NCBI GenBank assembly: GCA_973895155.1
Contig: OZ316892.1
Coordinates: forward strand, 19,321,457 to 19,385,456
Length of the DNA stretch: 64,000 nt
Origin: Marsupella aquatica
Taxonomy: Eukaryota > Plantae > Marchantiophyta
Direction: 5' to 3'
Shown: piece by piece, positions 26,101 through 38,389 of the stretch
How positions within the stretch are numbered: position 1 is the stretch's first letter
Layout: each line of letters opens with the position of its first letter
Translations under genes and position numbers: made by a program
The notes under the pieces: generated by a model
Seen by the model: the letters and a program-made list of their open reading frames with translations, nothing else
Database searches by the model: none
Told to the model about the DNA's origin: nothing

Positions 26101-27529
26101 TATAAGGCAAGGCTGGTGGCTAAAGGTTTCACCCAGGTTCCTGAGATAGATTATGATGAAACCTTTTCCCCCACTGTTCGACTTCAATCTCTGCAAACTC
26201 TGATTGCAATTGCTGCATATTACAATCTTGAACTACACTAGTTAGATGTTATTGCCGCATTCTTGTATGGCGATCTGAAGCAACAAATCTATATGGCTTT
26301 GCCTGAAGGTTTAGAAGTTTCTAATAAGAACTTGGTCTGTCTTTTGCAACGCTCCATTTATTGCCTGAAGCAATCCGCTCGTATGTGGAATGAACGCTTT
26401 CATAATGTCTTACTTCAAATTGGCTTTGGCAGCACTTCTGCTGATAATAGTCTTTATGTTTTAAGTCATAATTCTGATTTTCTGCTACTAGCCCTTTATG
26501 TTGATGACACCATTATTGCCAGCTCCAGCACTTTCCTAATATTTGTCAAAGATTTGCTCAGTCATGAATTCTGAATGAGTGACCTTGGTGAAGCCTATCA
26601 TGTTTTGGGGATGCACATCCAGCGTAATCGCGAGCAAGGCTGGATCCGCCTTAACCAAACCACTTACATTCAATGTAAGCTTGAGCAGTTCAATATGCAC
26701 CATTGTAAACCAATCTCTACTCCTTATGAGTTTGGTTTAGATCTGATAAGCCTCATAATCAAACTTGGTAAGCACTTCCATTCAGATCTAAGCCAAACTT
26801 GATAAGCACTTCCATATCAAAGTGCCAGGATTCTGCTTTCTCCTGGCAGGAGGAGCAATCTCTTGGTCCAGTCGGAAGCAGAAATCCATTGCCTTATCCA
26901 GTACTGAGTTTAACTAAAGCCAGCACTGAAGTTGTTTGGCTTTGACCACTGCTTCTTCAAGTAGAAAAGCCACAGAAAATTACAGAGATTTTCTGTGACA
27001 ATCCAAGTTCTATAGCAATGACTTTCTCCAGCAAGCATCACAATAGGACAAAACATATTGATATTTAGTATCACTATGTTCGTGAACAAGTACTTCTGGA
27101 GGAGATTGCCATTGTTCATATTTCTACTGAGGACATGACAGACGGCTGACATCTTCACCAAAGGATTGGAACGAAGGCTACATGAGAAGCACACTTTAGG
27201 CTTAGGTTTAGGTCAAGAATTCCTCAATTGAGGGAGAGTGTTGGAATACAATTAAGTTCACTCATTGGCCTAGACTAGATTACATAGATTGATAGGACAT
27301 CTAAGATCAGGTTGAAGATCAACCCTTAGATCTCTTTGCACCTCTTCAGGAGTGAACTGACATACTGGGAATGTCTCTACACAGGGACATTCCGTAGCGA
27401 CACTATGGATGTGTCCATTGGATCTTCAGATCCTTCCACAATTTTGTATTTAGGGTCAATTACAGTTTTCTTTTATGATCAATTAATCAATTGTCATTAT
27501 CATTTCTAGTATTTTACTCATTTCTCACA
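23125..27529 (+). mobile_element. Ty1/copia element B with truncated 5' LTR and internal deletions
   Basis: TGTTGGAATACAATTAAG... at 23125 and 27239; the latter follows PPT GAGGGAGAG and probably ends TTTCTCACA at 27529. Motifs CFYCQIIGHHIKDC, WYLDTGATHHM, LWHSRLGH, HSDICGP, YKARLVAKGF, YVDD. Part of RT/RNaseH deleted near 26825. Confidence 0.92.
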
Positions 27530-30500
27530 GTTTCTTCTTAAAATTGATGACATCCCAAAATTTGACGGGACATCATATTAAGTATGGCGGATTCCATATA
27601 TATGAATTTATTTCTTACTGCCGAACTCCTTATCAGGGGTCTTATACTCAAACCTGTCCCTGCTGTTGCTACTTCTCCCGCTGCTGCAGTGTCTTTCATT
27701 ATTTGCAAATTAACAATTAGTGTCTTTCATTATTTGCAAATTAACAATTTGCAAGTTCATCACATTAGTGTCGCAAAAACTTTGGCTTGGACACTAGCTC
27801 TCTACTAAACCTGGCCAATTAAGAGATGCAATTACGAAGATGTATTTGAAGGACGAGTTGCAAAACCTGAAGATGAAGGAAGGTGACAGTGTCACCAAAC
27901 ATACTTTAGAACGTTGAATTGATTGATCAACTTTCGGCTACTCGTGACCAACCATTTCTTGCATTGATGCATTCAATGCCAGCCAGTTATCGCCTTTTAC
28001 TCACCCTTGTTGAGAAGACAGGTCATTGTGACCGGGAATGTATCTTAACTTATAGCTTATCTTCTTCAAGAGGAGAGGATGATGATCGAAGTCCCTTTTT
28101 GTTGGTAGAGGCGCTCATCTCTCTAAGAGCCGATTTAATTAAGCCAACTGGTTTGAAGCACGGTGGCTACCCCTCCAGAGGTTCTGGAGGTGGCAATCCT
28201 TCCCAAATCCTTCTCAGGAGAGCTGAGATTTTCCAAGTAATCTACCCTTCAGACAATTGACTTCTCTTCCAAAGGAGATTCCTCTCATTCGACTGAATCC
28301 CAATCTACACCTTCTTCTTCTGGGCAACACAACTATAAAGATATGAAGTGCTTTAAATTTATTGTGAATTGATTGGACATCACATCAAAGACTGTACGTA
28401 GGAAGTGGCCTGCTCTACCGTGTATCTTCATACCAGGATAATTCTTGAATGGTATTTAGTCGACACTGGTGCCACACATCATATGGCGTACTCCATTGAT
28501 TATTTGGGACCATATTCCATACAAACAACCACAGTACGTCTTTGATAATTCAACACAGTTGATTCACGGGAAGTTTCAGTACTCCTTTCTAATGGCGCTC
28601 AACACATTATATATATATTCATAGCTAATGTGTACGTTACATATAACCGGATTGAAGAAAAATCTATTCTCTGTTCACATCTGGAACTTTCTAGCGGTTC
28701 CATCCTAATTGCCAAGAGTAAATGCGTCCTGCATAATTCTCTTGGCGAAGTTATCTCACTGTCTTGTCATTTAATTAATGTCTTATACAAAGTAGGTGAT
28801 GCTATTTTTCCCTCATCAGGTTCCGCAGCATTTACCTCCTATTCCACAAATCAGATGCCTTTACTAGATCGATTCACTCAATTTGTAACAAATGTGGAGA
28901 GTCGACATCAGCCATTGCACATTAGAATGCTACTTTCTGACAATGGTGATGAGTTCCGCTCTTCTGCTTTTGATGAATTCGGCCTATATATCTAAAGGCA
29001 TAGCTCGGCAACTTACAGTTCCTCACAGTGCTCCACAGCAGAACGGCATAACTGAAAGGAAGAATCGCACATTTATCAATTTTGCGATAGGTATTTTATT
29101 TCAATCTTCTCTTCCCAAGTCCTCTTCCGAAGTCCTATTGGGTCGAAGCTATAGTTACAACTAATTACCTTCAGAATAGACTACCCAGCAAAGCTTAAAT
29201 TTGACTCTGACCAAGACTCCTTATGAGTAATGGTTTTCTCTGAAACCAGACGTAGCTCATTTAAGAATTCTTGGCTATCTAGGTTTTGCCAAAATTACTG
29301 GTTCTCATGCCAAATTAGATTTTTGGAGGGAGGAACGCATCTTTCTGGGCTATAATGATCAACCCGTAAAGACTTGTGCCCTGAGTGTGATAAGACGATT
29401 ATTATTTCCCGAGATGGAGCTGGAAGACAAGGTTGGTAAAGCCTTTTCTCCGTTTCTTGTTTCTTCTTCAGAAACGGAGGATTTAATTATCCGTTATGAT
29501 CCCCATTTTTTTCAGTCATCAGAAAATCCTTTGGGCTCAAAGGTCCAACTTCATCTATTTTACATGCATTATTTGTCTCTTTTGGGACGCCGTCTGTGTT
29601 AGGGGGGTTAGGGGTTCCTCCTTCCGTGGGAGTTCTTTCCCCTTCGTCATCACCTTCGTCCACTCTACAAAGGCGAACTATTTTGAATTGTGAAAGACTT
29701 CCCAAGCCATGGGGGACCTCTACTCCTCCACTAGCTCAACGCACGCAGCAGCCCGCGCATGCAGGAGTCCCCGAATTACGAAGCAAATTGAGCGTTTCAT
29801 ACCATGCTTTAGCTGGAACTCAGAAAGAAAACAGTTGGCTAAATCAGCCTTACTTTCTTCACCATGGCCAGTCAATTTCACGGACCTGATGAGGTCAACA
29901 TATGAGGAAGCTATGACTGGACCTGATTCTCATTACTGACAAGAAGCCATTTCTGTTGAACTACAAAATATGGTCAGTATGAAAGCTTGGACTTTGGTTC
30001 CAGATTGCATGTGGGCGGCTGGATTTTCAAGTCAAGCCTAATCTTGACGGCAGTATTCAGAAATATAAAGCTTGCTTGGTTACGAAAGGCTTTACTCAAA
30101 TACCTGACATTGACTACTAAGAGACATTTTCTCTTACTGTCAAACTTCAATCTATGCGCGTCTTCCAGTAACTATTGCTACTTATAATGATTTGGATTTA
30201 TATCAGATGGACTGCTTTTCTCTTATGGCCATCTCAAGCAGCTAATTTATATGGCTCTTCCGAAAGGACTTCACGCTTCTAATCCCAATCTAGTTTGCCT
30301 TCTTGGGCAAGCTATATGATCTATTGCTTGAAACACTCAGCTCCGAATGTGGTAGGAGAGATTTCATTTTTCTCTTCTCAACATTGGGTTTTGTTAGTAC
30401 CACTCCTGACACCAATATTTATGTATTGCAGAGACTCTCAGTATTTAATTCTAGCCTTAAATGTGGACGACATTACTCTTGCAAGCTTGAGCTCCAACCT

Positions 30501-32459
30501 TCCTCAATATGTTGATAAGGATATGCTTCGCCAAGAATTAGATCAGATGACTGATCTTGGTGAGGCATACCACTTACTTGGAATGCATGCATATTCAACC
30601 CAATCAACATCAAAGTTGGATTCGTATCAATCCTACCTACATTACCAAGATATAAACTTAAGCAATTCAATTAACATGGAGTATTGCAAGTATATTTCTA
30701 TTCCATTTGAATTTGGCTTACACTTAAGTAATCACTCATTGTATGCAAACAAAAGAAGGTTATTTTTAATCTTGTTAAACTAATAATTATAATCAAAAAT
30801 TTCTATTAAATATATTGAAAATTTTAATTTTAGTAAAAATATTAGTTTTAATATTCAACAAGATATTTTGAAATGTATCAAAATTATATAATAAAAAATA
30901 CAAAAAAGTTATTGAATTTATTTTTTAATATTTTATTGGTTTATTTCACATGTTTTAGGGGTTACTCTAAATGATTCTCTAGGGAAATAAAGATCATTCT
31001 CCTGCTACTCCAACATACACTTCCTTACAAGAGTGTTGTAAGCAGTCTAATGTGGACAATGAACTGTGCACAACCAAATATTGCCTTTTTAATGAGCACA
31101 ATTGATAATTTCATGACCAATTCTGGCCCCATCCGTGTACTAGATTACCATCAAGCGCATTTTTAGATACTTTCAGGGTACCAAACATTATGATTTGCAA
31201 TACCAAAGTACTCTTCTTCTAATCTTCATTTACAAATTTATATATTTGGAGGACATTGATACTTGCAAGTCAACTAGCGGTTTTTGTTCTCTCCTTGCTT
31301 GATCGAAAAAGATATCCCTCTGATGTGACATCTTTCCAGGCGACTTTTAGCCATGAAACGTAATGAATGAGGTATTTGAGAATGAGGAGCTATTAGTTGG
31401 GCAAGTAAATCTGTTGCGCTCAATTTCTAGCAGTGAATCAGAGTATATTGCAATGACAAAAGCTAGCTACCACTGATTTGAAGCTATCCGGCTAAGACTA
31501 CTATTATATGAGATTGGTTTTACTCAGAAGATTACTGAACTCTTATGTGACAAACAAGAGTACTATTACTCTAATATTAAGATCGTGCCAAGTATATAGA
31601 TATTCAATACCACTTCATAAAGGATCAACTTTAAGTGGTAAACGTAATTAAGATCCTTGAGGAATCACTTAGAGTAAAACCCTTAAAACAGTGAGAACAA
31701 TTAATGAGATTTGAAGATTTAAAAAAAAAATCAACAAATAAACTCTTGTACCCTCTATAATACAACTTTGACTAATTTTTAAAAATCTTGCTCAATATTA
31801 ATTTTAATTTATAACCATAGCACATCACATAAATTTTCTGTGATAAGAAAAGCATGCTTTCTCTGTCGTCATCAGCAAAATATCATGATAGGTCGGCTAA
31901 ACATATTGTATTAAATTAATACCACTTTATCAAGGACCAGAGAACTACTGGTGAAAATATAATATCACATCTGCAAATGGCATGGTGGTAGACATCTTCA
32001 TCAAGGCTCTTCCTAAAGGACTTCATGAGAACTTTAGCCTTAGGAATAGGAGGGATATGCTCAATAGACCCCCTTCAGGAGAAACTTTACTTGATCAGCC
32101 CCTTCCAAACTTTTTTGCCCCAATCAGCCCCCTCATTATGGCCTGTACCCTTTTCCTCGTGTAAGGCCATATTGCACAGTTTTCAGCCTTACTGGGTGAC
32201 TTTCATAGTACCCATTCAACCACGCAGTAACCAGGCAAAAATCACAGTGACCGTGCTAAGATCCATTACCAACGGGACCTCGTAGTTAGAGGTGAAAATC
32301 GGGCCTTGCACCTCCGCGCCGCCACTATCAACATTAGGGTTATCTTATGCTAATTAATTAGAATACATTGACATGAGTGTATTCTATTTGTAAAACCAAT
32401 TTCCGTGCTTTAGGTTCAAGGTCAAGTGTCGTCTTTTGTGGGGGTTCTAGGTAGGATCG

Positions 32460-32850
32460 ACGTTTTGCGTGGTTTTACGGAGGTTTTGTGCAGAGGCTGG
32501 TTTACTCTTGACGACGAGCCATTTTGCTGATGATCGTGCTAGTTGACGATTGTGGTGGTTGATGATTGTGTTTCTTTCGTGGCTTTATGGAGGTTTTGGG
32601 CAGAGGTGTGGTTGACTGTTGGCGGCGGGACATTTTGGAGACAATCGTGCTGGTTGATGTTTTTGTTGGGCGTCGTTTACTACTAGCGGCGGGCCATTTT
32701 GCTGTCGATCGTGCTGGTTGACGATTGTGCTGGTTGATGATCGTGTTTCTTTTGTGGCATTACGGAGGATTTGGGCAGAGTTATCGTTGACTATTGGTGG
32801 CGGGCCATTTTGGAGATGATCGTGCTGTTGACGATTCTGCTGGTCAACTT
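32460..32850. repeat. Diverged tandem repeat array of about 110-120-bp units
   Basis: Recurring GGAGG.TTTGGGCAGAG, GGGCCATTTTG and GATCGTGCTGGTTGA blocks. Confidence 0.8.
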
Positions 32851-33796
32851 TGCTCAATTATGGCAAGTTCCATTTCACTGCAGTGATCACTTTCGGTATT
32901 GATTTCCTGGCGAACCTGTGGAAATCAATCACCTAGATTGAAGTTCTCTTTCTGTTTCAACCTTCTGTTTTCATTTTCCTGCATGATACGAGTGGATCAA
33001 TGGGCAATCAATATGCTTGCTCAGTAGGGAGGATTCTAGCCAGGAGTCCAGGTCTGGAGTACCATGAGGCACAATGCAAGGAACTGAACCATGTAGGGGA
33101 TGGGAGGGGAAGATAATACGAGCTTAGTGGTATGATAATTTGCTTTCTTACATCTAAATTTTCTCAACTTCTCTTGTTGGTTTGGTCTAGCTATCATCTG
33201 AATCACCTCTTGTTGTGCTCTTCTTCATAATAATGCAGATCATTTGCATAGTCTTCCCAGTTCTTATGCAATTTTTGATCACCATCACATCGATGTCTTC
33301 TGGTTCTGCTGCATAGTTTCAATACTACATGGATAACAGTGTAGGGAAGTCCTGCTTTCATTTGGCAGTTGAATCCTGTCCTTGAATTTGTGAATGAAGT
33401 TTCCTCTCAGGATTTTGTGGTTGCCTGCAAGCTCTAGGCAAAGTGGACTTCATGACAGGGATTGATCTGCGTCTGACTTGAAGGGGGAGATTCTCAGTCG
33501 AAGCACTAGGTATGACTGATTGCATCCTAACTTTACAAACATTGTCTGCATGTCAACAAATGTTGTGCATGTTTTGAATACCATGACATGGATGTCTGCG
33601 AGTTCTTCTACTCTCTTTGAATACCATGACATTTGTGTCTTCTAAAGTTGCTTATCTATTGAAGTCGTCGGCATGAGTGTAGGGACCGCTCTGCTTCCAT
33701 TAAGGAGTGGAAAGCAATACAGGCTGAAGGGCAAGGTCATAGGCTGGAGAGGTTGAGTTCAATTTTGAGCCCAACCAAGGTTCATGCTCAGTTTCC

Positions 33797-36700
33797 ATGG
33801 CACCACGAATGAGAAGAATTTGCGTAGCAGAGGAAGAGAATCACTTCCGACATCGTGTCGATGCTGAAGGCAAGCATGTGTTTGTCTGCATAGTTGGTGA
33901 TCACAAGCCTCGATCATTTTCTTCCTTTGCTGGTTTCCAGACCCACATGGACGTCACACACAAGTTGGAGTTGCCACCTGCATTACTGGAGGCAAGCAAA
34001 CCTTGGTTGTTCTCAAAATCCAACTTCTCCACTCGGATTGCCAAGAAACATAAGGCCCCTGGGCCAAATGTGAGGAAGGACAACAATCAGGCCTCTTGGA
34101 ACCGACTTCAATCCACTGTGCAACTCGGTGGAGACAGACTAAGTTGCGGAAGAAGACAATGCTAAAGAAGAAGTATGGTGTTGCTGTAGATGAGCCGCTT
34201 GTTCCTGCAAAATTGTTGCTTATTCGTGTCATCAAGGAAGTGCACATATGTGCAGGGCAGGCTAATGGTTGGTCATCCTTGTTGGATGACAGTGTGTACA
34301 AGATGTTGCAAGACTCTGTGTCAGCTGCTGCAATTTCTCCTATTCTGTCTCACTGGGTTGCTTCAATCTGAGCTTTGCCGGTACTCCTACCTAGAGATCG
34401 TAAGTTGCAGGCACTTCAATTAGATTGTAGTGTCCTGCCATGCATTTTCCCCCGGGCAGTGTGGAGGTGCAACCTCCCGAGCTGATGTAGTTTGATACAA
34501 TTTGAGAGGCTCTCATTGCAGATGCCTTGAATTACTTGACTCAGAAAAGAGCGCTTCTGCAGTGGAAGCATGGCCCCAAAGAAGTGGACTTCGATGCTAC
34601 ATACCAAGATTACAAGGAGTGGAAAGAAGAGCAAAAGCCTGTCAGCATAGCCACAACCACTAACAATTTGCTATAGGAATACAAAGGTCGGGGGCATGAC
34701 CACTGAAGCTGCACGAATAGAGGTATGACCTTTTTATTTTACTTCCTACAATCTTTGCTTGTTGTTTGTGCATTCCATTCTCATCTTGTCCCAACCATGT
34801 GCAGGCTGGACTAAATGAAGAGTGGGAGGACACTTCTGACGATAGTGACTGTGAGCCTGGGCTTGAGAAGTGGGGTTTGTTGCTAAATGATGCTGATAAA
34901 CAGCTAGATGAGCCAGACGTTGTATCTAAACCTGTCCTCAATACTTCAGTTGAGGACCCGCCTCTTGTATAAGATCCTATTCAGGTTCCTTCTCATGTTC
35001 AGGACGATGAAGACAATGATCATCAGAATCCTTCTCATGTTGAGGATGTTGACCATCTTATTGAGCATCCTGTTCATGATCCTATTTAGGATCCTATGAC
35101 CATCCTGTTCAGGATGATGAAGACAATAATCATCAGAATCCTTCTCATGTTGAGGATTTAGACCATCTTATTGAGCATCCTGTTCATGATCCTATTCATG
35201 GTCCTATTGACCATCCTGTTCAGGATCCCATTGACAATCCTATTCAGGATGTTTATGAACAAGGAATCAACTTTTCACAACAGTGTCACTTGGTTTCAAG
35301 CCTCCAAAATACTCTTTACGCCTATGGAGAGGGAGAGGACGGCTACCCCCTCCAGGTCAATCTTTGTTTCTTTGCTTCAATTACTTTTGGAATTTCTTTG
35401 CAAATTGTGAATACATGAGCCTCATCGTATTCGGATGCTCCTTGTGTTCATTGCAGGAAGGAGGAGTATCGGAGACTATCTCAAAGTTTGTAGCACCACC
35501 AACCCCTACACTAGAGACTCTACTCCCAGACTTCATAGCGCCAGTCGCAGCAACAGCACCAGCCCCTGTACTGTGTATATTAGTCTCGGAGTCCTTACCA
35601 CCACTTGCACCAACACCACCATCCATTGCACCATAGATTGTACTATTAGAGTCGGTACCAGTAGCAGTAGCACGACCACCACCAGCAGCCCCTACACCAA
35701 AGATTGTAAGTCTCTAAAGTGCAAACTTGGAAGTCATTCAATTGCAATCTAGTCTGAATACTTAAACCCCAATGTCTTTTTGAACACTCCCCTAAGCATT
35801 CATTTCATATATTATAGGGACAAAGACGAAGGGGAAGGGGTGTACCACTGGAGTCCCCATCCCCAGTACAGAAAGCAGCACCATCCCCTCCAATGTCAAC
35901 AAACCCCTTCCAGGTTTGCCTTTGTGTTTTTTGTAAAAAAATATGTTTGCAATGCTTTGCAATGTCTGAATAGAGCTGCCACATTGTCTTTGCCGTGCAC
36001 TGCAATTTCTTCATTCTAGAGACGGAGCGGAAGGGCAAGTGGAGGCATTGTAGCAGTGGAATCACCAGCACCAGCCCTCGCACCACGGATTATAAGTCTC
36101 AAAAGTGCTTACTTGGAAGTTGTGCAATTGCAATCTAGTCTAAATACTTCAACCCCAATGTCTTTTCACTCCCAGGTTTGCCTTTGTGTTTTTGGTAAAA
36201 ACATTTGTTTGCAATGCTTTGCAATGACTGAATATATTTGCCTAATTGTCTTTGGTGTGCACTGCAATGTCTTCATTCTAGAGACAAAGCGGAAGGGCTC
36301 ATGGAGGGGTTGTAGCAGTCAAATCACCAGCACCAGCCCTCGCACCACAGATTGTAAGTCTCAATTGCTTACTTGGAAGTTTGAATACATCACCCTAATT
36401 GTCTTCTACGTGCACTACAATTTCTTCATTCTAGCCCGTGCACGGGAAAGAAATTTGATATAGGTCAGCCTGGTTTGCCTTCCTGTACAAGGCCACATTC
36501 CTTTCTATTCATATTACTTTGTAGGGGTTAAATACACAACCCTTGGTGTATTCAAGTCACTTAATGATATTCTCCATTGTAGAGAGGAAGTAGAAGGGGA
36601 AGGGGTGTATCAGCGGTGCCCCCAAAACCAGCAGCAGCACCAACACCGACAAGCAACCCCTCCCAGGTATGTCTTTATGTACCAGGCTAATTTCCTTATC

Positions 36701-37767
36701 AAACTGCTTTGCAGGGAGTGAATACACAACCCTCACTGTCTTCTATGTCAATTAATAATTTTGTTCATTGTAGGGAGGAAGACAAAGGGGAAGGGATGTG
36801 TCAGCAATGTCCTCAGCACCAGTGGCACTAGCAATCCCAGTACCAGCAACCAACCCCTCCAAGGTACGCCTTTGTGTCTTAGGCCACATAATTGAATTCC
36901 TTCTCATCAGTGGCGTCCAATTGTTGAGTAATGTGAATACCTCTTTGTCAATGTCTTTTGATGTTGCTTTGGATTGTAGGAAGGGCAACAACGGGAAAAA
37001 GCAAGCAAAAGGCGAAAAGGAAAGGGAAATTTGGTGGAGCAATCCCTTGCACCTACCCCAACCCCTATCCCAACAAATGAACACTCAGCCCCTGCCCCTG
37101 TAACAACACCAACACATGCACCTGCCGGTATCCCTGGACCACCACTAGCACATGCCCCTACACCAGGACCAGCACAAGCACCAGCCCCTATACCAGTGCC
37201 AACACCAGGCCCTGCACCGGCTACGAACTCCTCACAGGTATGCCTAAGGGTGCAGCAGCAAAATTCCTCTGCTTCATTGTGGAATGTGAATACCTCTTTG
37301 TCCATGTATTCTAATGTCTTTGTGGGTTGTAGGTACCACAAGGAGGAGTTGCTTTGTCCTTAGTACCTGTTCCTGTCTCAAGGAAGAGGAAGGAGGCCTC
37401 TAAATCAAGCAAGGGTATGAGCCAGGCATTACAGGTTGTTTCTCTATTGGCAGTCAACCCCAAAACAAAAGTTGTGTTTTTGCACCCCAAAGATGATGAC
37501 TTAGCAACATCAGAAGTTGAAGACAGAGTGAGAGGCAAGCCAAAGCGAAGTAAAAGTGCGACAAGTAGAGGGGGGGGGGAAGGGAGAGGAAGAGGAGCAC
37601 CTTCTACTCAACCAACTCCCTTGCATGAAATCCCACTAGGTGATGGTGACAATGTAGACACATTTGGGCCATCACAACTTTTGCATGACTCCCAAATGAC
37701 TGCTTCACAAGATACATTCAGGGAGGTTATTGACCAACTCCCGCACCCTTCCAAGTATGTTAACTGA
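33797..37767 (+). pseudogene. Decayed multi-exon gene: zinc-finger-like N-terminus, acidic repeats, Pro/Ala/Thr-rich repeated exons; possibly a DNA-transposon accessory gene
   Basis: FVCIVGDH...F..F..HMDVTH motif; DPIQD/NPSHVED repeats (34970-35260) with CAA>TAA and CAG>TAG stops; repeated GT..AG introns flanking PAPAP-type exons; last exon ends ...PSKYVN*. Confidence 0.5.
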
Positions 37768-38186
37768 GCATGGACACCCTTCCCGTTTGCTACTAAGCCA
37801 TTTTTGTGGTAGCTTCAATGGTCTTTAGATGCAAGAAGCTTGAGGTAGCTTCAGATACAATGTAGCTTCATTGGAAGGCAAGGAGGCCCATGATACAGAT
37901 CTACACTGCAAGGTCACAACTCGACTTGCAACTTGTACTGGAAACATTTATGAATAAAAAGCAAGTTGATTCACTATGTTCTGATGTATAAAAGTTATTC
38001 ATTCTGCTGGATACTACCTTTAGTTTGTACCTTCAATTTTGGAAGACATTGTCCACATTGTCTTTGAACCACACTTAGCCATTTTTCCAATGATAGGATA
38101 TTTTGCTTCAAGAAGCCATTTGAGCAGGGGTAAATGGTGGATGTTGTGGGTTTTGGAAGACATTGTCCATATTGTCTTCGCACCAC

Positions 38187-38389
38187 TGTGGTGCGTTTCC
38201 CAACCCTCTAACCCCAAGAACAATCCACAACCGGCTATGAACCCCTACTTATGGTCGGCTTACATGATGGTTTGGCTGTCATTCGGCTTGGAAACGCGAT
38301 CTACTCTCGATCCACACTATGTTGGACCAATTCTTTCACTGGGCTTGACTTAGTGAAATACCTAGTACAACCCATCGTTGGAATCGCAA
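38187..38389 (-). mobile_element. LTR terminal (U5) fragment related to the giant LTR at 52674
   Basis: About 160 bp from TGTGGTGCGTTTCCCAACCCTCTAACCCCAAGAAC closely matches 52674-52832, then diverges. Confidence 0.85.

Larger units (their letters stand above)
17393..32050 (+). mobile_element. Degenerate Ty1/copia element C, inserted in D and host to elements A and B
   Basis: Putative LTR TGTTAAC...TTACA (17393-17528) followed by PBS TGGTATTAGAGC. gag start reconstructed across B. Decayed gag/IN/RT/RNaseH at 27530-32050 (IPKFDG, APQQNGITERKNRT, LPYKSVVSSLMW, SSSESEYIA, DIFIKALP). No 3' LTR recognised. Confidence 0.75.
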
